A stretch of DNA of 64,000 bases from Octopus sinensis (GCF_006345805.1 NC_043020.1:16678001-16742000); one strand, 5' to 3'. Positions 13,105 to 25,517 are shown, counted from the first letter of the stretch. Notes: generated by a model from the sequence alone, not told the origin. Numbers and translations are program-made.

Positions 13105-13810
13105 CATCATCATCATTTAACATCCTCTTTCCATGCTGGCATGAGTTGGACAGTTTGACAAGACCTGGCAAGGCAGAAGACTTCACCATACTTCTGCATC
13201 TGTTTTGGCTTGATTTTTGCGGTTGGATGCCCTTCCTAACACCAACCACCACTCAGAGTGGGCTGGCTGCATTTTATATGGCACCAGCACTGTGGAGGTC
13301 AGTTTTGGCATGGTTTTTACAGCTGGATGCCCTTTCTAACTCCAACCACCACACAATGGGCTGAGTGCTTTCTTTGTGGCACCAGAACAGGTGATGTCAA
13401 TTTTGGCATGGTTTTTACAGCTGGATGCCCTTCCTAACTCCAACCACCACACAGTGGGCTGAGTGCTTTCTATATGGCACCAGGACAGGTGAGGTCAATT
13501 TTGGCATGATTTTTACAGCTGGATGCCCTTCCTAACTCCAACCACCACACAGTGGGCTGAGTGCTTTCTATATGGCACCAGGACAGGTGAGGTCAATTTT
13601 GGCATGGTTTTTACAGCTGGATGCCCTTCCTAACTCCAACCACCACACAGTGGGCTGAGTGCGTTCTATATGGCACCAGTACAGGTGCGGTCAGTTTTTG
13701 GCATGGTTTTTACAGCTGGATGCTCTTCGAAATACCAACCACTTTACAGTGTGGACTGAATGCTTTTAATATGGCACCAACACTGGCAGGGATCACTAAG
13801 TAACTTGCAA
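13105..13810 (-). mobile_element. SINE family D carrying an internal 98-bp tandem array (5 units)
   Basis: GGCATG(G/A)TTTTTACAGCTGGATG at 13307, 13405, 13503, 13601 and 13700. Confidence 0.88.
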
Positions 13811-14087
13811 GATAGAGTAAGACTCACAACATAAGTGAATAAATGTTTGGTTTGAACCTGTGAAAATGAACGATTGAGGGTGAAAAAAAAAAGAGGAATT
13901 CTTTATTTAGAGCAGTTTAGTCTGGGTAGTCTGTACTCCAATCTGTTGTAATTCAGTTTTTAATTTGATATTTAAATATATTACATCTTACAGCACTCTT
14001 AATCTCAAGCAGATCTCGCAGAAATCTGTTCACACAAGGTATTGCGTGTGCACACGCACGCACACACACACATGCAGATATATAATG

Positions 14088-14120
<33 letters not shown>

Positions 14121-14275
14121 GTGTGTTGTTGTTGTTATGTCATTACAAGATATTCTTTTAAAATCACTTCAAATTTTTGGCAATCTTTTCTAGATTAAAG
14201 CCAGATTGATTAAGTCACAGAAAAATTCCTGCAGGAAATCAGTTCCAAAGTTTTCTTCTTCGCAGTGATGCTGTC

Positions 14276-14316
<41 letters not shown>

Positions 14317-14451
14317 TTTTTATGGATATCATTTAACATGCTTCCACGATTATACCATCATATATATCTTACTTATACTTGTGTTTTTGTTACAAGTAGG
14401 GAGGAGGAGGAGGAAGAGGCATTTTTGTTGTTACTCTTAAATTTGATTACC

Positions 14452-14905
14452 CTCTCTCTCTCCCCCTTTCTCACTCTCTCTCCTCCTTTCTCACTCTCTC
14501 TCTCCCTTTCTCACTCTCTCTCTCCCTTTCTCACTCTCTCTCTCTCTCCTTTCTCACTCTCTCTCCCTTTCTCACTCTCTCTCTCCCCTTTCTCACTCTC
14601 TCTCTCTCTCCCTTTCTCTCTCTCACTCCCCTTTCTCACTCTCACTCCCCTTTCTCACTCTCTCTCTCCCTTTCTCACTCTCTCTCTCCCCTTTCTCACT
14701 CTCTCTCTCCCCTTTCTCACTCTCTCCCTTTCTCTCTCTCTCTCACTCTCTCTTTCTCACTCTCTCTCCCTTTCTCACTCTCTCTCCCCTTTCTCACTCT
14801 CTCTCCCTTTCTCACTCTCTCTCCCTTTCTCTCTCTCTCTCACTCTCTCTCTCCCCTTTCTCACTCTCTCCCTCTCTCTCCTTTCTCACTCTCTCTCCCT
14901 CTTTC

Positions 14906-14986
<81 letters not shown>
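14452..14986. repeat. CT-rich minisatellite (CCCTTTCTCACTCTCTCT)n ending in (CT)n
   Basis: Direct reading. Source of the SL-rich ORF 14338-15009. Confidence 0.9.
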
Positions 14987-14990
<4 letters not shown>

Positions 14991-15589
14991 GATTTTACTT
15001 GTGTTCTAGCTTCAATTAAATTATTTTATTTATTGTCTTATCACATTAAAATTTCCTTTTTATGTCACAATTCAATTTTTTTTCTTTTCCTTTTCCTTTT
15101 CTCTTTTGTTTCCTTTCTTCTTTCTATTCACAAACTTCTGTCTTTTGTCTACTTTTTCTTCTATTTTTTTTTTTTTTTCAATTTTCTTCCTATTTTTACA
15201 GTCATGACATGAAAACTGAGCCAAATCTTATTCAATATAATCATGAAATACTCAGGTTCTGTTCGTGTGCGTGTGTCTATGCATGTGTGTGTGTGTGTGT
15301 GTTTATGTTAAATCATTTGAAAATATTTAGAAATGTTTGAGTAGATATTTTTGTTCTTTTTTTTTGTTTGTTTTTTTTTCTTTGTTGGTGTTGTTTCCAC
15401 CCCCCTCCCACGTGTATCAGTTCATGATAAACCATTAGTTGTGTAGAATCTAGTTCTCTCCCCCCAATACAATCACTTCTGTGATTATAAAGACGCTTAG
15501 CTGATCAAAACTTGACTTTTCTAGCATCGATTCGAGTTGCTATTATTATTACTGGAATATCTATCTCGCACAAGAGAACTACAACGCCT

Positions 15590-16310
15590 CAGACAGAACA
15601 CACACACGTACAAGAATACATACAAAACACACTCACGTGTATACAAGAAGACATGTACACACACATGTACAAAAGAACCACAAACACACACATACAAGAA
15701 GACACACACACATGCACACACATGTACAAGGGCGTACGAACATGCACAAGGAAACACATACAAAACACATGCACGAGGACAGGAAGGTATAAACACGCAT
15801 GCACAAGAAGACACACGCATGCACACACACACACACATATATATATAAGAGTACACAAACACACCTGTACAAGAAGACGCAAACACATACAAGAAGACAC
15901 ACACAAACATACAAGAAGACACACACACACACATACAAGAAGACACACACATACAAGAAGACACACACATACAAGAAGACACACACATACAAGAAGACAC
16001 ACACACATACAAGAAGACACACACACACAAGAAGACACACACACACATACACAAGACACACACACACACAAGAAGACACACACACACACAAGAAGACACA
16101 CACACACACACACAAGGAGACACACACACACACACGCACACATACAAAAAGACACACACACACACACATACAAGAAGACACACACACATACAAGGAGACA
16201 CACACACACATACAAGAAGACACACATATACACACCCACGCGTATATACAAAAAAAGCACACTCATGCACATGTGCAGGAAGACATACACACATACGTGT
16301 ACAAGAAAGC
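15590..16310. repeat. (CACACACATACAAGAAGA)n minisatellite
   Basis: Direct reading. Source of the HT/CV-rich ORFs. Confidence 0.9.
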
Positions 16311-16666
16311 ATGCACCTGTATTTTTGAAGGTTGTCATCAATAGATTTAGGAAGAAGTAGATCGATGGAAGAAAAGATGTCATGCGATCAATATAAAGCA
16401 AGAACTGTTATGGTGTAAAAACTGTCAAATCCATTGCCAATATTGAAAAGAACACAGAACTGAAGTACATAAAGAGATTTGCAAACTTGTTCAACCCATC
16501 ACAACTGAGTGAGAATTGGGTATTTAAACATTAATAATGGAATGGATACACATACACAGTTATGTTCGTACATACACACACCTGATATTGTGTGTGTGTA
16601 GCAATGACATCTCTAACTAAACTGGACAGTTCGTACTATTCAATCATAATGTTCACTATTGGTTTG

Positions 16667-16697
<31 letters not shown>

Positions 16698-16860
16698 GGT
16701 GGTGGTTTAAACTGATGCAAGTTTGATCTTGATCTGTCTTTAGTGTGTGTGTCTTTCTCCTTTCTCTCTCTCTTTTTCACTTTCAGTCTCTTTATCTCTC
16801 TCTGTCTCTTTTCTATCACTTCTCTAAAGACAATGAACTTATTTATAAATATATTAGGAA

Positions 16861-16915
<55 letters not shown>

Positions 16916-17195
16916 AATGCCCGCCCACACATATGTATGTGTGTTTGTATGTATTTATTCAACCTACCTACCTACATATATATATATATATATATACACA
17001 TATATATATATAGTAAGTAATTAAGGGTTTAGCAACGATTTGCCTCACCACACACCGAATTTAGAAATAGCAGTCAAAGGGTTATGGCTATTCTTTCTAC
17101 TTAAAAGGGAGATCCCAGTAAAACCACAGCACTTAAAAGGCAAACAACGCAGGCAAAAGAGAAAGAAATGACGACAATCATTCTATATTAAGTCA

Positions 17196-17286
17196 CCTAC
17201 GGACATACGTTTCAAAATTAAGTCTTAGGAAAGCATAAAAATTAAATAATTATGTCTTACCCAACTATTTTTCTCTTCAGCGTAGG
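17196..17286 (-). ncRNA. Type I hammerhead ribozyme, intact core, long stem II
   Basis: - strand: CCUACG-CUGAAGA-[stem II G.U/A-U/A-U/A-U, ~60 nt]-GAAA-C GUAU G-U-C^-CGUAGG. 6-bp stem I and GUC cleavage triplet. Confidence 0.72.
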
Positions 17287-17730
17287 ACTCTTCAATTATA
17301 AATAATTGCGTCTCAATTATTAATAATTGTGTATTAAATTTGAAGGCGCTAGAAGACATCACCTCAACTCATGGTATCAGAGCGAGCGTAAGCCATTACC
17401 AGTACCAACAAATTCAAAGGGTGAATGAAAGTATGTCACCATCCCCCTTCCAGAAGAACCGCCATGTAGCAATTCAACAATGATATAATTAAATCATACC
17501 ATATAGAAAAAAATTAAATATATGAAAAAACATTTACCTAGAACTAAATAAAGTACAAAATAATAAATAAATTTTTCCCTGTAAGTTTGGAATCATATTC
17601 CCTAATATTATTATTATTATTATTATATATATATATTGGTAAAAACGGTAAGATAACAAAAGAAAGAAAGAGACCTCAATATTATGCAAATAGAGGAAAT
17701 TTATCTATAAAATAATATGTAAAATAATAT

Positions 17731-17800
17731 GGCCAGATAACCAAAGAGATGGTGTTGTGGATTTCCACCTCGGCATCCGAAACTCAGTTTTATCTTGGCT
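17731..17800 (+). ncRNA. Decayed type I hammerhead motif
   Basis: GGCCAGAUAA-CCAAAGA-GAUG...CAUC C-GAAA-CUCAG-U-U^-UUAUCUUGGCU. About 10-bp stem I. Core is two substitutions from CUGAAGA. Confidence 0.55.
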
Positions 17801-17899
17801 ACCGAATAATTGTCACATATTATTTTACAGATATATATATATATGAGGATGACGATAATATATCTATCTGTGTTACATAGCTGTTTGACCTTGCACTGT

Positions 17900-18235
17900 A
17901 ACGAAATCAAGAAAGTAAAGAGGTACATCAATTTGGGGTACACAGTGAATAAGTAACCATTATGTACCATGACATTGATGCTGAAATCAAAAAGTGAATA
18001 AAAGCAGGATGGAAAGCATTTACTTCAAGAAAAGATGTGCTCAAAGTACTATGTGCCAGCTTCTTCACTAGCATCATCCTACCTGTGCTTCGTGAGACAT
18101 GAGCTGCTACAAAAAGTGGACAAGGCTGATTGTCTGCAATGCAGAGGGGCATGGAAAACATCCATGTTAAGAATATCTTTGCGAGACTATGTCTGAACCG
18201 ATGTAATTTGAGAATGGAACGGAGTGAATGACGTA
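17900..18235 (+). mobile_element. Degraded RTE-like LINE RT fragment
   Basis: Frameshifted similarity to the RT region: DIDAEIKK..KAGWKAF..KDVLK...IILP...QRGMENIHVKNIFARL/MLRISLRD-like. Confidence 0.65.
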
Positions 18236-18246
18236 ATCACAGAATA

Positions 18247-18480
18247 CCTATTTCTTTACTACCCACAAGGGGCTAAACACAGAGAAGACAAACAAGGACA
18301 GACAAACGGATTAAGTCGATTACATCGACCCCATTGCGTAACTGGTACTTATTTAATCGACCCCGAAAGGATGAAAGGCAAAGTCAACCTTGGCGGAATT
18401 TGAACTCAGAACGTAGCGGCAGACGAAATACCACTTAGTATTTCATCCGGCATCCTAACGATTCTACCAGCTCGCCGCCT
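18247..18480 (-). mobile_element. SINE family B, full length, with TSD
   Basis: ATCACAGAATA at 18236-18246 and 18483-18493. Confidence 0.9.
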
Positions 18481-19905
18481 TTATCACAGAATACCGAAAG
18501 CCGCAAATTCCATTGGGCTGGAGATGTTGTAGTGTTCATAGACAACTGATGGACCCATGCAGTTTGCCAAATGATTTTCAAGAGATCAGAAAAGGCCACT
18601 CAGAAGACCTCTACGACAATGAGGAGACAATTTAGCTAAATGATTTGGGGCAAAATGGAAAACTAGGGTATGACCAAGTAAGAATTGTAAGCACATTGTA
18701 ACCAGTAGTGTAAAATATCTGATAATCTGGTCAATACAGGTGATATCTATGTATATATATCTCATCATCATCTTTCAATGTTGGTTTTCTATGCTGGCAT
18801 GGGTTGGACAGTTTGACCAGAGCTGCACCAGGTTCCATTCTGATTTGGTTTGGCTTCTATGACTGGATGCCCTTCTCACCATAATACCAACCACTTTACA
18901 ATGTGTGGAGGATGTTTTTAGTTTGGCATATATATATATATATATATTTAGAGAGAGAGAGAGAGAGTGATGCATCTCCAACACCATTTATTTCTCTCAT
19001 TCTCTCTCTCTCTCTCTTTTTTTCTCTAACTCCATTTCTCCTTCCTCTCCTTTTTTTTCCTACTGGGGTGCCATATGTCTCCTCTATAGCAAGACACACA
19101 TCTTTCTCCTCTATTATACCTTAACCAATCACCTGGCTCCGTGCCACTTCTTGCAGTTCCACTTCTTGTCTAAGCTGAGAAGTCCTTGTCAAGCAAGTTA
19201 CTTGATGACCCCACTTGTATCAATGTCGCGTAAAAAAGCACCAATGCTGGTGCCACATATTAAGCACCCAGCACAATCTGTAAAGTGGTTGATGTTTAGA
19301 AGGGCACCCAGCTGTAGAAAACATGCCAAAGCAGACAATGGAGCCTAGTGCAGCTCTTTGGCTTGGCAGCTCCTGTCAACCCATCTAACCAATTCCAGTA
19401 TGGAAGATGGATGTTAAATGATGATGATGATAATGTAAATAGATAGATGCCTTGTTATTGAAATTGGTTGATGGAAAGTGGAAAAGCTTGTCATGTGAGT
19501 GCATTTTTAATTCTCCTTGTTATCACGTGTGCTTGCTAATTGATAACAAAAGCCTGACCATTCATAGAAACACTGTAGCTTACTCGCAGTCCATCACAAA
19601 AGCACATCCGGGCTTCTTGACATGACTTAACATGTTATTGTTCAAACCATGTCATCTGTTTCCATTTCCCCAGCATAACCATGTCAAGGCTGTTTATTTG
19701 TTCAATCTTAATCTGTGGATAATTACCTTGTTTGGAAACAGGTGAGAGGTTGACATCAGAAAAGGATTCCTGCTGTAGGAAACTCTGCCCAAGTGTAGTC
19801 TCCTCTGATGCATGCAAGCATGAAAAAGGAGACACAATAATGATGTATGTTTATATATGTGTGGGAGTATACATGCATGTGTACACACACACACACACAC
19901 TGCAC

Positions 19906-20949
19906 TGCATTCCAGAAGACTTGAGACTTTTTTAAGAGAGAAATTTATTAGTTTCAAAAAAGCATAAAACTCTAATCTCTTTTAAAGTAGGATCATCTGA
20001 ATTCAATGCACTTCTTGTAGTGCTTCAGCCTCTTATGGAGGTTCCATAAAAGCCCACCACAGTGAAGGTGGCCTTGTAGCAGCATCTACTCAATGTTTTC
20101 AAAGCAACAACTCCTGAGGCTCTCCTTCATCTTGATGAACAACCAAAAGTCACTGAGTGCAAAGTCCAGACTCTGTAGGGAGAGTGAGGGTCTTGATGCC
20201 TGTCTTTGTCAAATAGTTAGTTACAAGGATGGAATTGTAGATTGGCATATTGCTTGGCACAAGTGTCACTCACCTGAGTGGAGTACTTTGGCCTTTTGCA
20301 ATAAAATCTCTTCCTGAACTCACTCAAAACCTTTACAAAATATTCTTTGTTGACTGTCTGACCAGAGTGGACCTAGAGGATGTAGATGATGCCCTTGCTG
20401 TCAAAATAGGGGATCATCATGAGCTTAATGGTGGACTTGCATTACCTGACCTTCCTTTGGGCATAATGTCTCTTAGCCTCTGGATCATAGCAGTAGATCC
20501 AGCTTTCATCACAGGTTACTAGACTTAAATACTCTTAGATAGAAGATAATGCGCTCAACCATCTCTCTGCTGTTACCAATGCACCTTTCCTTCTGTTCAA
20601 TCTACCATCCCTGATCCTTTTGTGTGAATGAAAAATAGATGCTCGGCCCATGCAAGTTAACCCATAAGCAGCCTGGAACATTTCATATGTTTCTGTAGTG
20701 TTTTCACCCAGTTTAACACAAAACTTTATTGCATATTGAGCCTGAAAATTGTCATCACTTCCCAATTCCATTCTGCAAACTAGTGAGCAGTGTTTAGCAG
20801 TGTTTTCAAAGTGCTGTTACAGCCATCTCCTTCAAGCTGGAATTTTTAAAAATATTGGCTTATTAGATGAAATGATATGTTTAAATTACAATTATCTAGG
20901 ACAGTCATAACTGCCTCTCCTAAAAAAGTCTCCAAACTCCTGGAATGCA
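19906..20949 (-). mobile_element. Mariner (Tc1/mariner) transposon, defective, ~1.05 kb
   Basis: TIRs TGCATTCCAGAAGACTTGAGACTTTT / AAAAAGTCTCCAAACTCCTGGAATGCA. - strand HTH (QYAIKFCVKLGENTTETYEMFQAAYG, ORF 20535-20771) and a decayed YSPDLAP-SDFWLF catalytic region near 20130-20190. Confidence 0.88.
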
Positions 20950-20953
20950 TCTT

Positions 20954-21090
20954 ATGTATGTATGTATGTATGTATGTATGTATGTATGTATGTATGTATG
21001 TATGTATGTATGTATGTATGTATGTATGTATGTATGTATGTATGTATGTATGTATGTATGTATGTATGTATGTATGTATGTATGTATGTA
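20954..21090. repeat. (TATG)n microsatellite
   Basis: Direct reading. Confidence 0.95.
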
Positions 21091-21849
21091 TTTGTGGTTT
21101 TGTATGTGTGTGTATGTATATTGATGTGTATGTGTATATTAATGTGTGTGCATATATATATATTCTTGTATGTGTGTGTATATTTGTGCATGTATGTACA
21201 TGTGTATACACACACACACACACACACACACATTGAAATATTAAGATAGTGTCTTTCTCCACTGAAGCATTAATCTAACATCAATATTTGCCAAACTTTG
21301 TTCTTCCTGTGTTGTCCTTTTAAATGTTTATTGTCTTTACACTAATTTTTTCCTTCATTTGTTTTTATGTCTGTTTGTCTATGCTTGTGTAAGTTGGACA
21401 AATATGTTATTTGAAGCATTATTTTATGGCCAATTGCCCTTCTTGACAAATATGCTATTTGAAACATTATTTTATGGCCAATTGCCCTTCTTGACAGTGT
21501 TCTCTTAAAGCATAGGCACACAGTGTAATTGCCCTGGGGCCTCGTGGGTCTAGGGACCCAGTTATGATCTATGAATATTGTGGCTTGCTGTCAAATAATA
21601 CAATAGAACCCAGTGCACTGATTTGCCCAGGGACCAGTAATACTTGTGTGATGGCCCTGTTTTCTAATGATTTTCAAGTAAGTCTTCACTTACATGTATG
21701 TAGTTAAGTGGGGCTTTTTCAATTTTTCATTTACTTAACCAAGGGTATATTCCTGGGATCTACTTTGTTTATACCAAAGCAGTATGAAATAAATGGCAGA
21801 GCATCAGACAAAATACCTTGCAGTATTTGTTATGGTTTATATAATATAT

Positions 21850-21895
<46 letters not shown>

Positions 21896-21897
21896 CT

Positions 21898-22323
21898 CTC
21901 TCTTTTACTCTTTTACGTGTTTCAGTCATTTGACTGTGGCCATGCTGGAGCACCGCCTTTAGTTGAGCAAATCGACCCCAGGACTTATTCTTTGTAAGCC
22001 TAGTACTTGTTCTATCAGTCTCTTTTGCTGAACCGCTAAGTTACGGTTGTCAAGCGATGTTGGGTGGACAAACACAGACACACAAACATATACACACACA
22101 TATACGCACATATATATATACATATACATACACATATATACACATATATATACATATATACGACGAGCTTCTTTTCAGTTTCCGTCTACCAAATCCACTC
22201 ACAAGGCTTTGGTTGGCCCGAGGCTATAGTAGAAGACACTTGCCCAAGGTGCCTCGCAGTGGGACTGAACCCGGAACCATGTGGTTGGTAAGCAAGCTAC
22301 TTACCACACAGCCACTCCTGCGC

Positions 22324-22324
<1 letters not shown>
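21898..22324 (-). mobile_element. SINE family A, full length
   Basis: Reverse complement of GGCGCAGGAGTGGCTGTGTGGTAAGTAGC...AAAAGAGT. Flanked by (TA)n on both sides. Confidence 0.9.
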
Positions 22325-22375
<51 letters not shown>

Positions 22376-22376
22376 T

Positions 22377-22757
22377 GGAGGCGCAATGGCTCAGTGGTTA
22401 GGGCAGTGGACTCGCGGTCGTAGGATCGCGGTTTCAATTCCCAGACCGGGTGTTGTGAGTGTTTATTGAGCGAAAAACACCTAAAGCTCCCTGAGGCTCC
22501 GGCAGGGGATGGTGGTGATCCCTGCTGTACTCTTTCACCACAACTTTCTCTCACTCTTACTTCCTGTTTCTGTTGTACCTGTATTTCAAAGGGCCGACCT
22601 TGTCACTCTCTGTGTCACGCTGAATATCCCCGAGAACTACGTTAAGGGTACACGTGTCTGTGGAGTGCTCAGCCACTTACACGTTAATTTCACGAGCAGG
22701 CTGTTCCGTTGATTCGGATCAACCGGAACCCTCGTCGTCGTAACCGACAGAGTGCTT
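22377..22757 (+). mobile_element. tRNA-derived SINE family C, young-looking
   Basis: GGAGGCGCAATGGCTCAGTGGTTAGGGCAG...GGTTTCAATTCCC tRNA-like head. CpG-rich body. Confidence 0.88.
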
Positions 22758-23627
22758 CCACATATATATATACTTTGCTTTCAAACCCCTTTGAGGTCAA
22801 CACTGTTTGCCATCATCCCAGGTTCACTAAAACATAGTTCCAGTCTAGTACTGTTGTCAACACACATCATCAACTGTTCTCCTTCCCTCCCTCCTGTATT
22901 TCTAACTTTGTGTGCAGGCATGGCTGTGTATTAAGAATATTGCATCTCAACCACGTGGTTCTGGTTTGGTTTCAGTCCCACCGTGTGGCACCTTGGGCAA
23001 GTATCTTCTGCAATAGCTCCAGGGTCAACCGAAGCCTTGTGAGTGGATTTGGTAGACGGAAACTGAAAGAAGCCCATCTCACACACACACACACACACAC
23101 ACAAACATATATTTATATGAGTGTGTGTGTTTATGTATATGTATATATGTGCATGTATGTATGTATTTATATATGTATGTATATATGTGTGTATATATAT
23201 GTGTGTGTTTTTATATGTATATATGTATATATATATGTGTATGTATATATGTGTGTGTGTATGTATGCATATATGTGTGTGTGTGTATGTATGTATGCAT
23301 ATATGTGTGTGTGTATATATATATATAATATATATATATATTCATGTGTAGGACATTGTGTGATAGTTGTAAATGATCGTCACTGTCATACAAGAAGTGT
23401 TATTCATTTCCAATCTTTTGTGAGAGCATGTGTGGCCGGGGGGGGGATATTAACTTGTTTGGAAACAGATGAAGGTTGGTGACAGGAAGGGCATCCAGCT
23501 GTAGAGAAATCTGCCTCTCTAAACTTTATGCAACCACTGCAAGCAATCAAAAAGTGAACACTAAAATGATGACAATGTGCTTCAATTAGAAATTATTATA
23601 ATGTAAACTGTGACTTCATTTCACTAA

Positions 23628-24145
23628 ATGAATAACATTAGTTTCAGAATTCATCCAAGGTTAGGACCATGTGCCATATGTATCCTACACAATTCAGGAT
23701 CGCAACACATATATACACTGCAAAACAATTTCTTTCCTTTGACAGGCCATCTCCTATTTAACATTGTGCCAAAACAAATCAAAGAGGCAAAAGATCTCAT
23801 CCCCTTTAAATGGAATCTGAGCAAATTTGTTAAAGGGATACCAGATAAGCCACCAATACCTGGATACAACTCATGCAACAAAAACTCCCTACGTGAAGGG
23901 GCCATGATACTGCAAAACGACTTGAAAAGGATTTGGCAAATTCTATCAGGTGGTGCTATTAAGTTAGACATGGATACCAAATAAGCCACCTATACCTGGA
24001 TACAACTTGCTCAACAAAAATTCCCTACTCGAATGGGCCATGATAACATAAAACTTGACTTAAAAATGATTTAGCAAATTCTGTCAGGTGGTGCTATTAA
24101 TTTAGATATGGCCTAGGCCAATCTTTGGTCGAAACATATCTAAGC
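23628..24145 (+). mobile_element. CR1/L2/Jockey-like LINE 3' end with ~136-bp tandem duplication and terminal stem-loop
   Basis: ORF: NNFFPLTGHLLFNIVPKQIKE...FKWNLSKFVKGIPDKPPIPGY. Duplicate units start at 23837 and 23973. Terminal TTAGATATG/CATATCTAA stem. Confidence 0.7.
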
Positions 24146-24572
24146 TTTCTAAGTTATCACATGAGCCAATGACAATATGCTGTGTTTATGAATAGTGCTG
24201 ACAATCTAAGATAAAACTGAAATAGTGTTGGATGATGTGTTTATGATGGTTCGCCTTCTTTAAACATGTCAGTGGTTATCATACTAAAAACTAATGTGAT
24301 ACTAGAACAATCATTTATCATTATTTATGCCTGTCCATATCATTTATTTTTTTTATATCTTTTACTTGTCTCAGTCATTGGGTCATAGTCATACTGGGAC
24401 ACCACTTTGAAGAGCCTAGTCGAACAAATTGAGCCATGTACTTATTTTTTTATATATTTTATTTTAAAGTTTGATACTTATTCTTTTTACTGCTGAATAT
24501 CCCTGAGAACTATGTTAAAGGTATGCATCTGTGGAGTATGCAGCCACTTGCATGTTAATTTCACAAACAAGC

Positions 24573-25092
24573 TACCGTAAATCCTTGAGTATAATCCGTG
24601 TTTTTTTCCCAAAATTTAAAGGTCAAAATCCCTAGTGCGTATTATACACGAGGTTAAAAATGAAAATTATTTTCTAAGCAATGTCCGAGTCTCTATTTGC
24701 TGTCCGGCAATGTTTATTCAGAAGCATTTTGTGATGTTGGGCTCGAAAATACCTTGAGCTAAGCCTGAAAGCAATGAAGTAATAAAAAAATCATCCATAA
24801 CTTACAGTAAGCAACATTTATTAAACGTTATTACTGTTATTTCTTTATTTTCTGCAAACAAAATGCACAAAAAAGCTACATGTTTGCATTATGTTATATA
24901 TACAATAATAATAAAGGACGTTACCGTATACATTTTTACAAACCAAGAAGCATTATTATAATAACCTCCTTGACTCAAGTTAGAGAAGGGATGCGTATTA
25001 TACACAAGGTTTAGGTTTTTCAGAGGTACAGACCCCTAAAAGTCCCCTGCGTATTATACTCAAGGGCGGACTATACTCGAGGATTTATGGTA
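24573..25092. mobile_element. Tc2/pogo-like MITE inserted into a family-C SINE tail
   Basis: TIRs (TA)CCGTAAATCCTTGAGTATAATCCG / CGGACTATACTCGAGGATTTATGG(TA). The SINE tail resumes at 25093. Confidence 0.8.
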
Positions 25093-25237
25093 TTCCATTG
25101 ATCAGTTCAACTGGAAGCCTTGTAACCTGTGGGGTGCCAAGTTTTGTTACCAAAACTTTTGGGTTTTAGTTTGTCTGATTTTGTTTACTTGATTAAAATT
25201 AATGTTTATTTTCTTTTCCTCTCAATTTTATTAAAAG

Positions 25238-25361
25238 GCGCTGCGGTCTTTATCATGGTGGTCAGATGGCAAACAATTCATGGGAAGCCACTCAGATGGC
25301 AGTTTAACAACATGGAACTTGAAAACAAATCTAAAAGCTACCAATATTACAATGCCTCATG
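25238..25361 (+). CDS. STXBP5: Tomosyn (syntaxin-binding protein 5) internal coding exon, WD40 region, 124 nt, phase 0 to 1
   Basis: Pyrimidine tract then ttattaaaAG|GCG CTG...CCT CAT G|GTAAGT. Translates ALRSLSWWSDGKQFMGSHSDGSLTTWNLKTNLKATNITMPH, matching the tomosyn segment AIHSVAWHHEGKQFICSHSDGTLTIWNVRSPAKPVQTITPH recalled from vertebrate STXBP5. Confidence 0.93.
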
Positions 25362-25517
25362 GTAAGTGCAATAATTTTTTTCTTAGTTTATATGCTCATA
25401 TGTGTATGTGAATATTATGAATGTATCTGTGTGTATATCTATCTATCTATATATGTATGTATATATATATATATATATGGGTGTTTGATATATCTATGTA
25501 CATGTATGGGGGCTTGG

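Larger units (their letters stand above)
17030..17830. mobile_element. Penelope-like terminal-repeat remnants carrying hammerhead-like motifs
   Basis: Non-coding repeat-like segments after (TA)n that contain two hammerhead folds. Family assignment is inferred from the known hammerhead-Penelope association, not from an ORF. Confidence 0.5.

Noticed and set aside
13260-13750. Regularly spaced repeats as a CRISPR array
   Set aside because: The units are contiguous tandem copies with no unique spacers, the context is eukaryotic, and there are no cas genes.
15202-15255. Exon-like segment after a strong pyrimidine tract (HDMKTEPNLIQYNHEILR)
   Set aside because: No tomosyn similarity and a weak donor (GTTCTG).
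17373-17384. TGGTATCAGAGC resembling an LTR primer-binding site
   Set aside because: It matches the plant-type initiator tRNA-Met PBS, and no LTR or gag/pol is adjacent. Likely coincidental.
22377-22450. tRNA gene
   Set aside because: The tRNA-like head continues into a SINE body shared with other copies and lacks a proper acceptor stem and terminator.
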